Positions 43,833 through 53,201 of a DNA stretch of 64,000 nucleotides are shown one piece after another (position 1 is the first letter of the stretch; every line of letters starts with the position of its first letter). A model generated the notes under the pieces. It had not been told where the DNA came from. It was given only the letters and a program-made list of their open reading frames with translations, and ran no database searches. The stretch comes from Lysobacterales bacterium (GTDB lineage: Bacteria; Pseudomonadota; Gammaproteobacteria; Xanthomonadales; SZUA-5), in the NCBI GenBank assembly GCA_022844165.1, contig JALHMH010000010.1, positions 1 to 64,000 on the forward strand. The letters run 5' to 3'. A program made the position numbers and the translations under genes.

Positions 43833-44269
43833 GGCAGATCGTTGACAGTGAGTTTGTCGCCAAGCTGCACGCCAATCCGCTCAGCAACGCCGCCATTCAA
43901 CTCGAGCACGTACTGCGACGGTTTGCCGCTGGGATAGGAAGGGCATTGGGTGAACTGGGAGGACTGTGTGCAGGTGGGTGTGTTCAAACTCCAGCCAACC
44001 AGTGTCCAGTTCTTGTCGAAGTACAGGATGTCGAGCGGGATCTTGGTATTCATCATCCAAAATGCCTGCGGTTCTTCCCGGTCGAACAAAAACAGCATGC
44101 CCCGGTCTTGGGGCATATGGTCGCGAAACATCAATCCGCGCGCTTGTTCTTTGGGGTCGTCGGCAATCTCGACGGTAAATGTCTGCCCGCGTAGCTCAAC
44201 AGTCGGCTCGCCGGCCGCACAACTGGTCAGGCAAAGCAGAAGCCATGGGGCAAGTTTTCGGGCTTGCAT
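43829..44269 (-). CDS. DUF192 family protein (possible lipoprotein)
   Basis: EIAD..ARGLMFR, GMLF, FWMMNT.IPLDI and VLELNGG motifs; LTSC possible lipobox. Confidence 0.9.
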   Translation of the reverse strand: MQARKLAPWLLLCLTSCAAGEPTVELRGQTFTVEIADDPKEQARGLMFRDHMPQDRGMLFLFDREEPQAFWMMNTKIPLDILYFDKNWTLVGWSLNTPTCTQSSQFTQCPSYPSGKPSQYVLELNGGVAERIGVQLGDKLTVNDLP

Positions 44270-44402
44270 CGGTGCATTCTTGTCAGGCATAGCTACCCTT
44301 CTTGTCAAAGAAACTCAGGTGTTGTCGGGTGGCCCGGCTAAACAGGCATAGCGCCACCCGAGCGAACGCCACAATGGACCACTCGATTAACCGGAATGTT
44401 AC

Positions 44403-45542
44403 ATGGCGCGCTCGCGAAATCTTAAGTACTCAGGCTGGATCAGTTTTCTGACCGATTTTTCGAGCAACATGATATTTCCGCTGCTGCCGCTGCACTTGAC
44501 GCGGGTGTTGGGTGCGACGCCGCTGCTCGTCGGATTGATCGAAGGGGCTGCCGAAACAGTGGCGGCGGCATTGAAGCTGTATTCGGGTCGCTGGTCCGAT
44601 CGGATTGCTCGCCGCAAACCGATGGTCGTGCTCGGGTATGCCCTTTCGAGTTTGTCGAAACTGCTGTTCTTGCCTGCAGTGTCCTGGCTGCTGGTGCTGG
44701 GCGCTCGAGTCATCGAACGCATTGGCAAAGGCATTCGCTCCGCGCCTCGCGACGCATTGATCGCCGATGAGGTGCCCGCCGAGCATCGAGGCGCCGCCTT
44801 CGGCTGGCAACGCGCGATGGATGGCGCCGGTGGATGTTTGGGGGCACTCGCGGCGCTGGCATTAATCGGAACACTCAGTTATCGAGATATCTTCGCTCTG
44901 GCTCTAATCCCGGCCGTTCTGGCGGTGTTGCTGACCTTCGGTCTCCGCGAGTCCGCGCCTTCGGTAAGAAGCGCTGCGCCGACGCCAGCTGCGCCGTTGC
45001 CCGTCGAAGTCCGGCGTATGGTCATGGCCTGCGGCGTATTTGCTTTCGGCCATCTTAGTTTCGCGTTCCTGATTCTTGCCGGTGGCGACAGCGGCCTGTC
45101 CGATCAACGCTTGTTGCTTGGATACGCGTTGTACCAACTGATCTACACATTGTTGAGCCCGATCGCAGGACGCTGGTCGGACAAAGTCGGGCGTCGCTTT
45201 GTGCTGCTCACCGGCTACGCCCTTTTCGCCGCGTCGATGACGGGTCTGGCCTTCGCCAGCGGCGGCGCGCTATTTGTGGTGTTCATGTTGTATGGCATTG
45301 CCGAAGCCTGCATTGATGCGACCCAGCGCGCCTGGATCACCGACCGCGTCGCACGCGAGCAGCGCGCAACGGCGCTGGGCGCTTACCACGGCGCCATCGC
45401 GCTCGCCGCACTGCCCGGCGGTATTGCGCTTGGTCTGGCCTGGACGACACTCGGGGTGCCTGCCACAGCGATCCTGACACTCATTGGCACGGCGATCGCG
45501 GCCTTGAGTCTGGTCGCAGCGACTCGGGTTTCGAGGCATTGA
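44403..45542 (+). CDS. MFS transporter
   Basis: G.WSDRI.RRK, GKGIRSAPRDALIAD and RAMD..G motifs; about 12 TM segments. Confidence 0.9.
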   Translation: MARSRNLKYSGWISFLTDFSSNMIFPLLPLHLTRVLGATPLLVGLIEGAAETVAAALKLYSGRWSDRIARRKPMVVLGYALSSLSKLLFLPAVSWLLVLGARVIERIGKGIRSAPRDALIADEVPAEHRGAAFGWQRAMDGAGGCLGALAALALIGTLSYRDIFALALIPAVLAVLLTFGLRESAPSVRSAAPTPAAPLPVEVRRMVMACGVFAFGHLSFAFLILAGGDSGLSDQRLLLGYALYQLIYTLLSPIAGRWSDKVGRRFVLLTGYALFAASMTGLAFASGGALFVVFMLYGIAEACIDATQRAWITDRVAREQRATALGAYHGAIALAALPGGIALGLAWTTLGVPATAILTLIGTAIAALSLVAATRVSRH

Positions 45543-45691
45543 TCGTCGCGCCGAAACGCCTTCGGGGCAGGGTTATCCGGAATCTCCTCTTCAGAGATCG
45601 ACGAAAGTCGTTGCTTCTTGCTCTTACATTGGGCCGGTCGACCGAAACATATCTGACGTCACTTCTATAGGTACTGATGACACAGTCTCAG

Positions 45692-45861
45692 GAACGCGCA
45701 TGACGCTATGCTCCGTCGCTTACTCTACGATCGAATGCGCCTCATGCGAAATCAACTCTCTTATGCTGTGATGCTTGAACGCGCATGACGCTATGCTCCG
45801 TCGCTTACTCTACGATCGAATGCGCCTCATGCGAAATCAACTCTCTTACGCTGTGATGCTT
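45692..45861 (+). repeat. 85-bp tandem duplication spanning the ptrB start
   Basis: 45692-45776 equals 45777-45861 except for one T/C difference (45764 vs 45849). Confidence 0.95.
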
Positions 45862-48030
45862 GTACTGTTGGCCGGGTGCGAACAGGCGCCGCCGCCGCAG
45901 ACTGCGCCTGAAGTAGCGCCGATGGTACAAGTTGCGGCTGCGCTGCCACCCAGCACCGCAGCTGTTCTGCCAGCGCCGGAGATTCAGCCACCGGTGGCGA
46001 AACGCGTCGACCATGTCGTCAAAGCGGCAGCCGGTGAACGGATCGATCCTTACCACTGGTTGCGCGACGATACGCGCAGCAAACCTGAGGTGCTCGATCA
46101 TTTGCGCGCCGAGAACGCCTATTTTGAGGCGCGGTTTGCGCCTTTGTTGCCACTGAAGGACAAACTGTTTGAGGAGATGCGTGCACGCATCAAAGAAGAC
46201 GATTCGTCGGTACCCGAGTTCCAGGATGGTTATTGGTACTACACGCGATTTCAGACCGGTCAGCAGTACCCGATTTTTGCGCGCCGCAAAGGCAGCATGG
46301 ATGCCTCGGAAGAGATCACGTTGGATGGCAATCAGCGCGCCGAGGGCCACAGTTTTTACCAAACTGCCAACGTCGTCTTCAGTGAAGATGGCCAGCTGAT
46401 GGCAGTGGCGGAAGATACGGTCGGGCGTCGTGAATATACGGTGCGTTTCAAGAACCTGGCCAGCGGCGAATGGCTGCCGGATGTGGTCGAAGACGTTGAA
46501 GCATCGATCGTATTCGCCGACGATCCGAACGTGGTGTACCTGGTCGAAAAAGACAAGACCACACTCTTGCCGTTCCGCATCAAAAGGCACACGCTGGGAA
46601 CGCCATACAGCGGCGCGGAAACGGTGTACGAAGAAAAAGACAACACCTTTTACACGACCATCTTCCGCACCAAGAACGATCGCTACCTGGCCATCTACTC
46701 GGGCTCCACATTGACCACTGAAATGCGTTTGGGTCTGGCGTCCGATCCGCGCGCAAATTTTCAAGTTTATTTGCCGCGCGAGCGCGGGCACGAATATCAG
46801 GTCGATGATGCTGGCGAGCGTTTTGTCATTCGCAGCAATCGGGGCGGCAAGAACTTCGAAGTGCTGACCGCTCCGCCCGTGGTGCCGGGCGATCCGGCAG
46901 CATTCCAGCCGTTGCTTCCGCATCGTGAGGATGCTCTGGTTCAAGGCGTGGAGATCTTCGCCGATCGTATCGCCGTGAATGAGCGTTCCGGTGGCTTGCG
47001 CAAAATCCGTATCGTGCCGTTCTCAGGCGGCGCGGGTGAAATGCTGTCGGCTGATGAGCCGGCCTACGTCATGAGCCCAATCGACACGGCGCATTTGGAT
47101 AGCGGCAAACTGCGCTATAGCTATACGTCACTGACCACCCCGCCGACCATTTACGAACTGGACTTCAAGAGCGGTGAGCGCACGTTGCTCAAGCGCGAAC
47201 CGGTGCTTGGCGATTTTGACCCGGCCAACTATGTCACCGAGTACCTGTTCGCCGCCGCGCGCGATGGCGCCAAAGTGCCGGTTTGGCTGGTGTATCACAA
47301 AAACACGCTCCGCGATGGCAGCGCACCGCTGTTGCAGTACGCTTATGGCTCATACGGCTTGAGTCAGGATCCGTCGTTCCGCTCCTCGGTGTTGAGCTTG
47401 TTGGATCGTGGTTTTGTGTATGCGATTGCGGCGATCCGCGGTGGCCAGGAGATGGGCCGGCAATGGTACGAAGACGGCAAACTGCTGAAGAAGAAAAACA
47501 CGTTTAACGACTTTGTCGATGTCACCGACTTTCTGGTGGCGGAGCGATACGCAGCCAAAGACAAGGTGTTCGCCATGGGTGGTAGTGCCGGCGGGTTGTT
47601 GATGGGCGCTGTGATCAATCAGGCGCCCGATCGCTACCGTGGGATCGTGGCGCACGTACCTTTTGTCGATGTGATCTCGACGATGCTGGACACGTCACTA
47701 CCGCTGACCACAGGTGAGTTCGACGAGTGGGGCAATCCCACGGACAAGGTCTACCACGATTACATGCTGTCGTATTCGCCGTACGATCAGGTCAAAGCGC
47801 AGGCCTATCCGGCGATGCTGGTCACAACGGGTTTGCATGACAGTCAGGTTCAGTACTTTGAGCCCGCCAAGTGGGTGGCGCGGTTGCGTGAATTAAAGAC
47901 GGACGACAATCCATTGATGTTCAAGGTCAATATGGAAGCAGGTCACGGTGGTCGATCCGGACGCTTTAACCGTCTGGAAGAGACGGCAGAGGATTACGCG
48001 TTTATGCTGGGGTTGCTTGGACAGCGCTGA
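45829..48030 (+). CDS. ptrB: Oligopeptidase B (S9A), predicted lipoprotein
   Basis: DPYHWLRD, GGSAGG nucleophile, HDSQV and AGHGG motifs; N-terminal MRNQLSYAVMLVLLAGC with a lipobox. Confidence 0.92.
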   Translation: MRNQLSYAVMLVLLAGCEQAPPPQTAPEVAPMVQVAAALPPSTAAVLPAPEIQPPVAKRVDHVVKAAAGERIDPYHWLRDDTRSKPEVLDHLRAENAYFEARFAPLLPLKDKLFEEMRARIKEDDSSVPEFQDGYWYYTRFQTGQQYPIFARRKGSMDASEEITLDGNQRAEGHSFYQTANVVFSEDGQLMAVAEDTVGRREYTVRFKNLASGEWLPDVVEDVEASIVFADDPNVVYLVEKDKTTLLPFRIKRHTLGTPYSGAETVYEEKDNTFYTTIFRTKNDRYLAIYSGSTLTTEMRLGLASDPRANFQVYLPRERGHEYQVDDAGERFVIRSNRGGKNFEVLTAPPVVPGDPAAFQPLLPHREDALVQGVEIFADRIAVNERSGGLRKIRIVPFSGGAGEMLSADEPAYVMSPIDTAHLDSGKLRYSYTSLTTPPTIYELDFKSGERTLLKREPVLGDFDPANYVTEYLFAAARDGAKVPVWLVYHKNTLRDGSAPLLQYAYGSYGLSQDPSFRSSVLSLLDRGFVYAIAAIRGGQEMGRQWYEDGKLLKKKNTFNDFVDVTDFLVAERYAAKDKVFAMGGSAGGLLMGAVINQAPDRYRGIVAHVPFVDVISTMLDTSLPLTTGEFDEWGNPTDKVYHDYMLSYSPYDQVKAQAYPAMLVTTGLHDSQVQYFEPAKWVARLRELKTDDNPLMFKVNMEAGHGGRSGRFNRLEETAEDYAFMLGLLGQR

Positions 48031-48083
48031 GCGCGAGACCTGAGCCCACCCTGGAGTCATCGAAGTGTTGCGAGAATGCTCCA

Positions 48084-49004
48084 ATGTCTGGTGAGGCCTG
48101 GTGGGTGGATACCGATCCCGGCGTAGACGACGCATGGGCCATTCTGATGCTTCGCGCCGCCGCCGTTCCGATTGCGGGGATATCCGTGGTCGGCGGCAAC
48201 GTGGGTCTGCCGTTGACTGGCCGCAACGCGCGATTGGTGGCCGACTGGTTCAGCGATCCGCCGGCGGTTTTTGCTGGCGCGGCAGTGCCAATGATTGGTG
48301 GTCTGCCAGATGCAGCTTTTGTGCACGGTGGAGACGGCTTGGGGGATGCTCAGCTGGCGCCGCCACGAAGCCAGCTGCAGACGCAGCACGCCGCTCTGGC
48401 ATTGATCGCCGCCTCACATCGACAACCCCTGAACCTGTTGGCGCTCGGCCCCTTGACCAATGTCGCCCTGGCGCTGTTGCTCGATCCGACCCTGCCGGAA
48501 CGTTGCCGACGTTTCGTGGTGATGGGTGGCGCGGTCGATGGCTGCGGGAACACAGCCGTTCCCAGCGCTGAGTTCAATATCGGCTTCGATCCGGAGGCTG
48601 CGGCGATCGTGTTTTCGCGCTGGTCCGGGATCGAGTTGGTCGATTGGTCGCTGACGCTGCGGGTCGCGCCTGGCGTCGCGGCGGTACTCGATTGGCTGGC
48701 CATGGCGACACCCCTGGCGCGCTGGATGCGCGCCGTGACGCACAAGACGGAGGCTTTTGTACGCGATCGCGAGGCGGGCCACTGGGCCTGGGCCGACCCG
48801 CTCGCGGCATACGTCGCACTCTGCCCGGACGACGTCGAGTACGATCGGTTCCGTATCCGAATCGAGTGCGGTCAAGGCGCGGCACGTGGGCAAACGGTCG
48901 TCGATCGTGTTGGTCTCTCTGGCTGGCGCGACCCGATCGTTGCAATCGCTGCCGCGGTCGATCGCGAGCAATTTCATGAACGAATGCGCGGCAGCCTGCT
49001 TTGA
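48084..49004 (+). CDS. Nucleoside hydrolase (IUNH family)
   Basis: DTDPGVDDA, HG.DGLGD, GPLTN and AEFNI..DPEAA motifs. Confidence 0.9.
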   Translation: MSGEAWWVDTDPGVDDAWAILMLRAAAVPIAGISVVGGNVGLPLTGRNARLVADWFSDPPAVFAGAAVPMIGGLPDAAFVHGGDGLGDAQLAPPRSQLQTQHAALALIAASHRQPLNLLALGPLTNVALALLLDPTLPERCRRFVVMGGAVDGCGNTAVPSAEFNIGFDPEAAAIVFSRWSGIELVDWSLTLRVAPGVAAVLDWLAMATPLARWMRAVTHKTEAFVRDREAGHWAWADPLAAYVALCPDDVEYDRFRIRIECGQGAARGQTVVDRVGLSGWRDPIVAIAAAVDREQFHERMRGSLL

Positions 49005-49071
49005 ACGATCCACGCGAGTCGTGCTATAAAGCGCGGCTCTTTGGTTTACCGTTACCCGTCAGGAGAGGCTC

Positions 49072-49317
49072 ATGAAGGCCGATATCCATCCGCAGTACAA
49101 AGAAGTCGTGTTCCAGGATGTGACCACGGACTTCGCTTTTCTTACGCGTTCCACGAAAAAGTCGAAAGAGACGATCAAGTGGACCGATGGCAACGAATAT
49201 CCGCTGATCAAGATCGACGTGTCGAGCAAGTCGCACCCGTTCTACACCGGCAAGCACAAGGCCGCAGATGTGGGTGGTCGTGTCGATAAGTTCCGTAAGC
49301 GTTACGGTCAGAAGTAA
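49072..49317 (+). CDS. rpmE2: 50S ribosomal protein L31 type B
   Basis: [22 protein letters not shown]; no Zn-binding Cys. Confidence 0.95.
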   Translation: MKADIHPQYKEVVFQDVTTDFAFLTRSTKKSKETIKWTDGNEYPLIKIDVSSKSHPFYTGKHKAADVGGRVDKFRKRYGQK

Positions 49318-49408
49318 GCGCGTCAAAGCAATGCTGCGCTGGACCCTGTCTGGCGCAGCATGTCGTTTCGCGCGACCGCGCCGAGGTTTCGCCGGCCGGG
49401 ACGGCGGT

Positions 49409-50791
49409 TTACATCAGCGGCGGTAGTCGCACCTCGAATGATGCGCCGCCCAGCGACTCCGAGCGGGCGACAATCATCTCGCCGTCGTAGCTCGCGACGA
49501 TATCGCCGATGATCGACAAGCCAATGCCATGCCCTTGTACGCGCTCGTCGCCGCGCACGCCGCGCTTGAGGACTTCGTCGATCTGCTCGTCTGGAATGCC
49601 CGGACCATCGTCTTCGACGCGTAGATACAATCCCGGGCGCCGAGCTTTTGGGTTCCTGATCGGTTGTGCCGTAAGCAGCACGCGCGATTTGCACCACTTG
49701 AAGGCGTTGTCCATCAAGTTGCCAACCAACTCCATCAGATCGCCTTTGTCGCCATGAAACATGGCTTTGGGGTCGATCTCGAATTCTGCCAGTGCTTGTT
49801 TGTTGGCGTAGACACGCTCCAAAGTCAGGGCAATCTCTTCGGCGTGCGCCTGAACGGGTAGCGGTGCCGAATAGGTCTGATGGCCAGACTTTGCAGCGCG
49901 CGCGAGCTGGTAGGCCACAATTTCGTCCATTTTGGTGACTTGCTCGGTACCCGCATTCTTCAGCGTGGTTGCGTTGTCTTCGTTCTCGAACAGGCCGCGC
50001 ATCACCGCGAGCGGGGTCTTCAGGCTATGCGCGAGATCGCCCAGCGTATTGCGATAACGCCGCAGATGCTCGCGCTCGCTCTTGATGAAGTCATTCAAAC
50101 CACTCGTGAGTGTCGCCAGTTCCACCGGATAGTCGCCGGTGAGCGCTTCGGACTCGCCGCCTTGTACTCGCGCCAGGTCGCGAGCCACAGCGCGAAATGG
50201 TTTGAGGCTCCAGATGAGCAACAGCGCCTGAAATGCCAGGAGCAGCAGACCCAGTCCGCCCAGAACCACCCACATGGTCTCGCGAAACGCGGCGATTTGA
50301 CGCCTGACGCCACTTTGATTTTCACCCACATTGATGGTGACCCGAACATCTTTGCCGGCCGCGGAGCGTGCTTCGAACAGCACGCCCATACTCAACATGT
50401 AAACGCCGCCCACGTTCGTTTGTACCGGCCCTTTGAACACGATTTCGCCCGGCTTCAGGGCATCTTCAAAGGGCAGCTCACGTTCGGCGGCACTCGGCGA
50501 TTCCCAACGGAAATTCTCTGCATACAGCGACGCATACAAGCCTGACCCAGGTCGATCCAGCCTGGGTTCGGGTACCAGTTCGGGAATCAACACCTCACCG
50601 CGCACGGAAATGTCGGTTCGCGCGAGGAATGAGTACAAAACACTTTGCATGCGTTCGCGAAGCACCGAAAACGCCCAGCCTTCGAATGCACGCTCAAGCG
50701 CATATCCGGTCAGCCCTATAAACGCCGCCAGCACCAGGCTGGCGACGAACATGCTGCGCGCGGCAAGCGAGAAAGGATGCCGCGCTGCCAC
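49409..50791 (-). CDS. phoQ: Sensor histidine kinase, PhoQ-like
   Basis: DLAHSLKTPL, GNLMDNAFKW and RGVRGDE..GHGIGL motifs. Confidence 0.85.
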   Translation of the reverse strand: MAARHPFSLAARSMFVASLVLAAFIGLTGYALERAFEGWAFSVLRERMQSVLYSFLARTDISVRGEVLIPELVPEPRLDRPGSGLYASLYAENFRWESPSAAERELPFEDALKPGEIVFKGPVQTNVGGVYMLSMGVLFEARSAAGKDVRVTINVGENQSGVRRQIAAFRETMWVVLGGLGLLLLAFQALLLIWSLKPFRAVARDLARVQGGESEALTGDYPVELATLTSGLNDFIKSEREHLRRYRNTLGDLAHSLKTPLAVMRGLFENEDNATTLKNAGTEQVTKMDEIVAYQLARAAKSGHQTYSAPLPVQAHAEEIALTLERVYANKQALAEFEIDPKAMFHGDKGDLMELVGNLMDNAFKWCKSRVLLTAQPIRNPKARRPGLYLRVEDDGPGIPDEQIDEVLKRGVRGDERVQGHGIGLSIIGDIVASYDGEMIVARSESLGGASFEVRLPPLM

Positions 50792-50801
50792 GTTCGATAC
50801 G

Positions 50802-51482
50802 CTATGCAGTACGTGGGATCGAGAAGCGATAGCCGCGCCCTCGAACCGTCTCGATGGGCTTCAGCGAACCATCGGGATCCAGCTTCTTGCGCAATCGGCC
50901 GATGAACACTTCGATGACATTGCTGTCGCGATCGAAATCCTGCTCGTAAATGTGCTCCGTGAGATCACTCTTGGACACCAGCTCGCCTGCGTGCAGAATC
51001 AAGTATTCGAGTACCTTGTATTCGTAACTGGTCAGATCAACCGACACATCGTTCACTGTCACGGACTGTGCGGTCGTATCGAGCTTCACCGGACCGCACT
51101 CGAGCAGCGGCTTGCTCCAACCGGCGCTGCGTCGAACCAGCGCATTCATGCGCGCCAGCAGCTCTTCGATGTGAAAAGGTTTGACCAGATAATCGTCTGC
51201 GCCGCATTTGAGGCCTTCGACTTTGTCTTCCCAGCTGCCACGCGCCGTCAGAATCAAGATGGGGTAGCGGCGGCCGTACTCGCGCAACTTCTTGACGACT
51301 TCCAGGCCAGGAAGTTTTGGTAAACCAAGATCGACGATAGCGACGTCGAATGGCACTTCTTTGCCCATGTAGACGGCTTCATCGCCATCGCAGGCAGTGT
51401 CGACTGCAAAGCCCTCACGCTGCAGCCGGGCAGCCAGGGTCTCGCGCAACGGGGCTTCGTCTTCGACCAGCAGAACTCGCAT
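50802..51482 (-). CDS. phoP: Response regulator, PhoP-like
   Basis: VEDEAPLRETLAARL.REGFAVD, TAR.SW.DKVEGL and DSNVIEVFIGRLRKKL motifs. Confidence 0.88.
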   Translation of the reverse strand: MRVLLVEDEAPLRETLAARLQREGFAVDTACDGDEAVYMGKEVPFDVAIVDLGLPKLPGLEVVKKLREYGRRYPILILTARGSWEDKVEGLKCGADDYLVKPFHIEELLARMNALVRRSAGWSKPLLECGPVKLDTTAQSVTVNDVSVDLTSYEYKVLEYLILHAGELVSKSDLTEHIYEQDFDRDSNVIEVFIGRLRKKLDPDGSLKPIETVRGRGYRFSIPRTA

Positions 51483-51492
51483 CGCTCACTCC

Positions 51493-51711
51493 TTACGCCG
51501 GGATTTGAAAAACACGGACACGACCATCGGGCATCAGCACCTTGATGCGGTATACCACCGAGCCGCGCGTGCGGATGGTATCAGCCGAAAGTACCGTGCC
51601 CTTCGTATCCCTTTCGACTTGTTCGATCGCTTCCTTTAACGTCAGTGCGTACGCGGGTACGGCGCAGACCAGGAAAACGGCGAACACGATGGCAGACAGA
51701 TTTTGGGTCAT
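51493..51711 (-). CDS. Small secreted PepSY-like protein
   Basis: Signal peptide followed by LKEAI..V..G.VLSA..YRIKVL..GRV; upstream of phoP. Confidence 0.7.
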   Translation of the reverse strand: MTQNLSAIVFAVFLVCAVPAYALTLKEAIEQVERDTKGTVLSADTIRTRGSVVYRIKVLMPDGRVRVFQIPA

Positions 51712-51835
51712 CGATACCTAGGCTCATCAAGACGCGATCATAGTCGCGGCGTGAGCGCATGTTCGCAAGTTGCGCCGCAGCGAAAGCTGAACGAGATGCG
51801 GTAGTGTGGCGATATCACCCGAATCTGCGTGGCCA

Positions 51836-52351
51836 ATGACGACTTTGTTGCAAGCAGTGCCGGCAGATGCGCCGGCTTTATCGGTATTGATGGAAGAGAC
51901 ATTTCGTGCCGCCTATGGACATGTGGCCAGCGAGGACAAGCTGCGGACACACGTCGAGCAACACTACGACGCCAGCAAGGTGGCCCAGCGTCTCCGCGGC
52001 GGTGAGATCGAAATTTGGTTCGTCCCTGGTGCTTGGGCGACGGCGGCTGCCGCGATTGGCTATGTGCAAATCGGGCTCACGGCAACGCCACCACCAGAGG
52101 CTGGAAAGGCCCTTGAGGTGCAGCGTTGCTATCTGCGTCCGGAAGCCATCGGCAGTGGTGCGGGTACGTTGCTGATCGAAAAGGCTAAAGTCCTGGCGCA
52201 GGCTCGAGACGCTGGATTGTACTTGTCCGTTTATCAGCACGCGCCGCGTGCCGTCCGGTTCTATGAGAAACACGCATTTAGACGCGCTGCCGCCATCAAG
52301 TACTACATCGCGGATGTCGAATTCGATGATTGGCTGATGGTCTGGCCCTGA
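51836..52351 (+). CDS. GNAT N-acetyltransferase
   Basis: YLRPEAIGSGAG and RAVRFYEKH.F motifs. Confidence 0.85.
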   Translation: MTTLLQAVPADAPALSVLMEETFRAAYGHVASEDKLRTHVEQHYDASKVAQRLRGGEIEIWFVPGAWATAAAAIGYVQIGLTATPPPEAGKALEVQRCYLRPEAIGSGAGTLLIEKAKVLAQARDAGLYLSVYQHAPRAVRFYEKHAFRRAAAIKYYIADVEFDDWLMVWP

Positions 52352-52352
52352 T

Positions 52353-52370
52353 TCTGGCGAAGCTTCGCTA
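52353..52370 (-). repeat. Collapsed copy D of the dispersed repeat
   Basis: Minus strand TAGCGAAGCTTCGCCAGA, equal to the repeat's TAG end joined to its second GCTTCGCCAGA. The TAG is the TauD-like stop. Confidence 0.55.
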
Positions 52371-53000
52371 ATCGATCCGCAGCCGTTTGAGCAGCCGCGA
52401 TCCGGAGAAAGCCGCGCGGCCGTGTAGCCAGCGATGGTTGTCGATGACCAGCAGCTCACCCGATGACAAGCGAATGCGAAACGCCTGGGACATCAAGTGC
52501 TCGCCGATGCAGTTCAGCCAAAACGTATCGGAGGGCGATCCGATTCGCACGTCCTCGGCGCTGAATCGCCAGAATGTGCCGACGGTTACCGATTCGCCTG
52601 CGGCATAGGCAAATCGATATTGCGCTAAGGCAATTTGCAGAACTCGGCAAGCTGTTTCCATCGCGTGCGAACCATCGACCAATAAAGTCTCGCCCCCGGT
52701 TGTTGCAGGCTGCCAACAATGCAGCATGACGTAGCGGCAGGGTTCGGCGAGAAAACTCAAATCGGTATGTGGCGCAAAAAAGTCTGAGTTTGCCGACCGG
52801 AGCGGCTTCCCATAGGCATCGCGAAGCATCCCATCGATTGGCGTGACGCGTTGCAGCCCAGGTTCCTCCCACAAGTCTGAGTGTCGAGTGAGTCCGCGAG
52901 TGCAAGCGCGGCCGAGTTGCTGCGCGAGAGTGATCAAGCGCGCGTTGTCGAGCGGCACATCGCGAATTCTAACGAGGCTTTGCCTCAGACCGCCGAGCAT
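52368..53000 (-). CDS. TauD/TfdA-family Fe(II)/2-oxoglutarate dioxygenase, apparently 5'-truncated; start supplied by the repeat
   Basis: PHTD (HxD), GGETLLVDG and DNHRWLHGR motifs. The ATG at 53000 lies inside repeat copy C. Confidence 0.7.
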   Translation of the reverse strand: MLGGLRQSLVRIRDVPLDNARLITLAQQLGRACTRGLTRHSDLWEEPGLQRVTPIDGMLRDAYGKPLRSANSDFFAPHTDLSFLAEPCRYVMLHCWQPATTGGETLLVDGSHAMETACRVLQIALAQYRFAYAAGESVTVGTFWRFSAEDVRIGSPSDTFWLNCIGEHLMSQAFRIRLSSGELLVIDNHRWLHGRAAFSGSRLLKRLRID

Positions 53001-53151
53001 TGCTGGCTTCGCTCGACAGCGTACTTGCCACAACCCCCATTGAGCGCTGCGCGCTCAATCGCCCCCTTAATTTAAGGGGGCTTCAACAGCCAAAGCCGCT
53101 CCGAAGAAATTTGACTCAATTGACAAGATCCAGCTCCATCAAAGACTCTGG
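52969..53151 (+). repeat. Dispersed REP/MITE-like repeat, full copy C
   Basis: Colinear with 8199-8370; contains hairpins ATTGAGCGC/GCGCTCAAT and GCCCCCTTAA/TTAAGGGGGC. Confidence 0.85.
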
Positions 53152-53201
53152 CAATGCCATGTTCGGCAAGCGCCTTTGGTCCATCAGCCCAGGACGAGTA
53201 C

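Noticed and set aside
45640-45700. Intact hammerhead ribozyme or fluoride riboswitch
   Set aside because: Core words are present but stems I-III and the riboswitch pairing could not be formed; kept only as a weak structured-RNA candidate.
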